Shown: one piece after another, positions 62,586 through 64,000 of the stretch
Position numbering within the stretch: position 1 is the first letter of the stretch
Layout of the letters: each line of letters opens with the position of its first letter
Assembly (NCBI GenBank): GCA_040954595.2
Contig: CM082578.2
Span: 9,099,519 to 9,163,518 of the forward strand
Direction of reading: 5' to 3'
DNA length: 64,000 bases
Origin: Balanoglossus misakiensis
Taxonomy: Eukaryota > Animalia > Hemichordata
The notes under the pieces: generated by a model
What the model was told of the DNA's origin: nothing
The model's database searches: none
What the model saw: only the letters and a program-made list of their open reading frames with translations
Position numbers and translations under genes: made by a program

Positions 62586-64000
62586 GTCTCATGCTGTTTG
62601 TACATAGTTACATACATGTACATACATACATGAGAATAGTGCATTTTTTAGCACCTATAAATCTTGTGATTTTTGGGTGCCATACTATAATGTGCTGTTT
62701 CTGTGATGGACACAGTAAATCTCCATATGGCATTGATACACAGGGTCAGGGTTATACTGGCTGTATTATTTTACATGTATAGAGCCACAGAATGGACAAC
62801 TTTACATACGAATGGCAGTGGGTGTCATCGCCAAGGGGCACACATACATTGATGTATGTATGCATACACAATGCTGAGTCGTGTAGTCTGTTCTGAGTTC
62901 TAGTATTTCAGTCAAGAGTGCATAAATTCACTTCTCTGACGTCAATGTAAAAAAGAGTCATAGAGTTGAAATTAATTTTAAAAATAGGCATACAATGAGC
63001 CATATGATCTACAGTTGTTTCCATCTGCATTCTTTATTAATAGTCTCCACAGAACAGAATACAAATTAGGTTAATGACAGTAATGGCTACATGCGTGTCT
63101 GCCATCATGGGCTGGTGTTGAGCGTGTGGTTTATGAAAAATTATGCCTTTGTTCCAGTTTTGCCACGGGGCCAATTTCACGCGTGGTGTCTTCTCCGACG
63201 TGATTGAAAGGCATTTTGCATCATTAATAAATGTGCCCCTGCGCCCAGCAGTGCCCAGCTTCAATGGCACGCGAAGATGAAAGTCATTTGCATGACACAG
63301 AGACTCTGAGAGTGAGAGAGAAGCATGAAAGGGAAGTATTCAACACTCAAGGTTACATCATCTGTAGACAGATGAAGTTGATCCGATTCCCATTCAACAG
63401 AGATTTTCTCATTTGCTTTTCAACCAGGCTTTGAACAGAGTACAAGTTAACGAAGGCCGGGGAGTTTGGCTGCTGGATTTGTGGACACGCCAGACGGAGT
63501 ATCAGCCAAAAGGTAACTAAAAACTATGACAACTCAACAGATAGTGTTATATGTAATACATACAATGTACATGCAAACTTCTGCATGCACTTTGAACCTA
63601 AGTTACAGTTGACCAGTATACAAATTACAATGTAAATGTCTCCTCAACTACATATAAATTAAATGGGAGAGTACATTTCTGTACGAGTCCCAAAGAAAGG
63701 TCCAACAATCCAACCTGTGAGGTCATCATGAAAGAACAAATTCTGTGGGATATTTTGATAACTGTTCACAGATTACAATGTATGATGGATTGTTTGTCCT
63801 TTGATTGTAAATAGTTGAGGTGATAGCACATGTACAATGTTTGTGATGTTCATTGGGGGTCTGTGTGGGTGTACATTAGGTTTAAAATGTCTATGATGCA
63901 GACAGTTGTGACCATCCGTGTGTGTGTACATAATACGCACATGCATGGGGACGCCATGCCATGATGTCATTCTTCCGATCTGCCGACAGAGGTCATCAGT

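Overview
Eukaryotic, intron-rich, AT-rich genomic DNA. The short GT-AG introns, frequent TACATGTA and gene content suggest a marine invertebrate, possibly a deuterostome, but the species cannot be identified from the sequence. Spliced genes reconstructed by hand: (1) a divergent NWD1/NWD2-type (DUF4062-like N-terminus) gene on the minus strand, starting ~27.5 kb, with an intron-containing tRNA-Ile(TAT) at 20.5 kb antisense in a probable intron; (2) a tandem array of four intact six-coding-exon cytosolic sulfotransferase (SULT) genes on the plus strand (28.8-44.5 kb) with non-canonical PAPS-binding loops; (3) a 20-coding-exon plexin-like receptor on the minus strand (45.0-55.1 kb). The receptor has a full Sema-PSI-IPT ectodomain, TM helix and juxtamembrane helix, but apparently ends in a short acidic tyrosine-motif tail instead of the plexin GAP domain; this is the most interesting signal in the window. 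Also present: two solo LTRs with 4-bp TSDs, a TTAA-flanked palindromic MITE, an 86-bp hairpin mini-element with a 9-bp TSD, microsatellites and a local tandem duplication. Most short ORFs in the supplied track are spurious. The 1-20 kb and 57-64 kb regions could not be annotated confidently.
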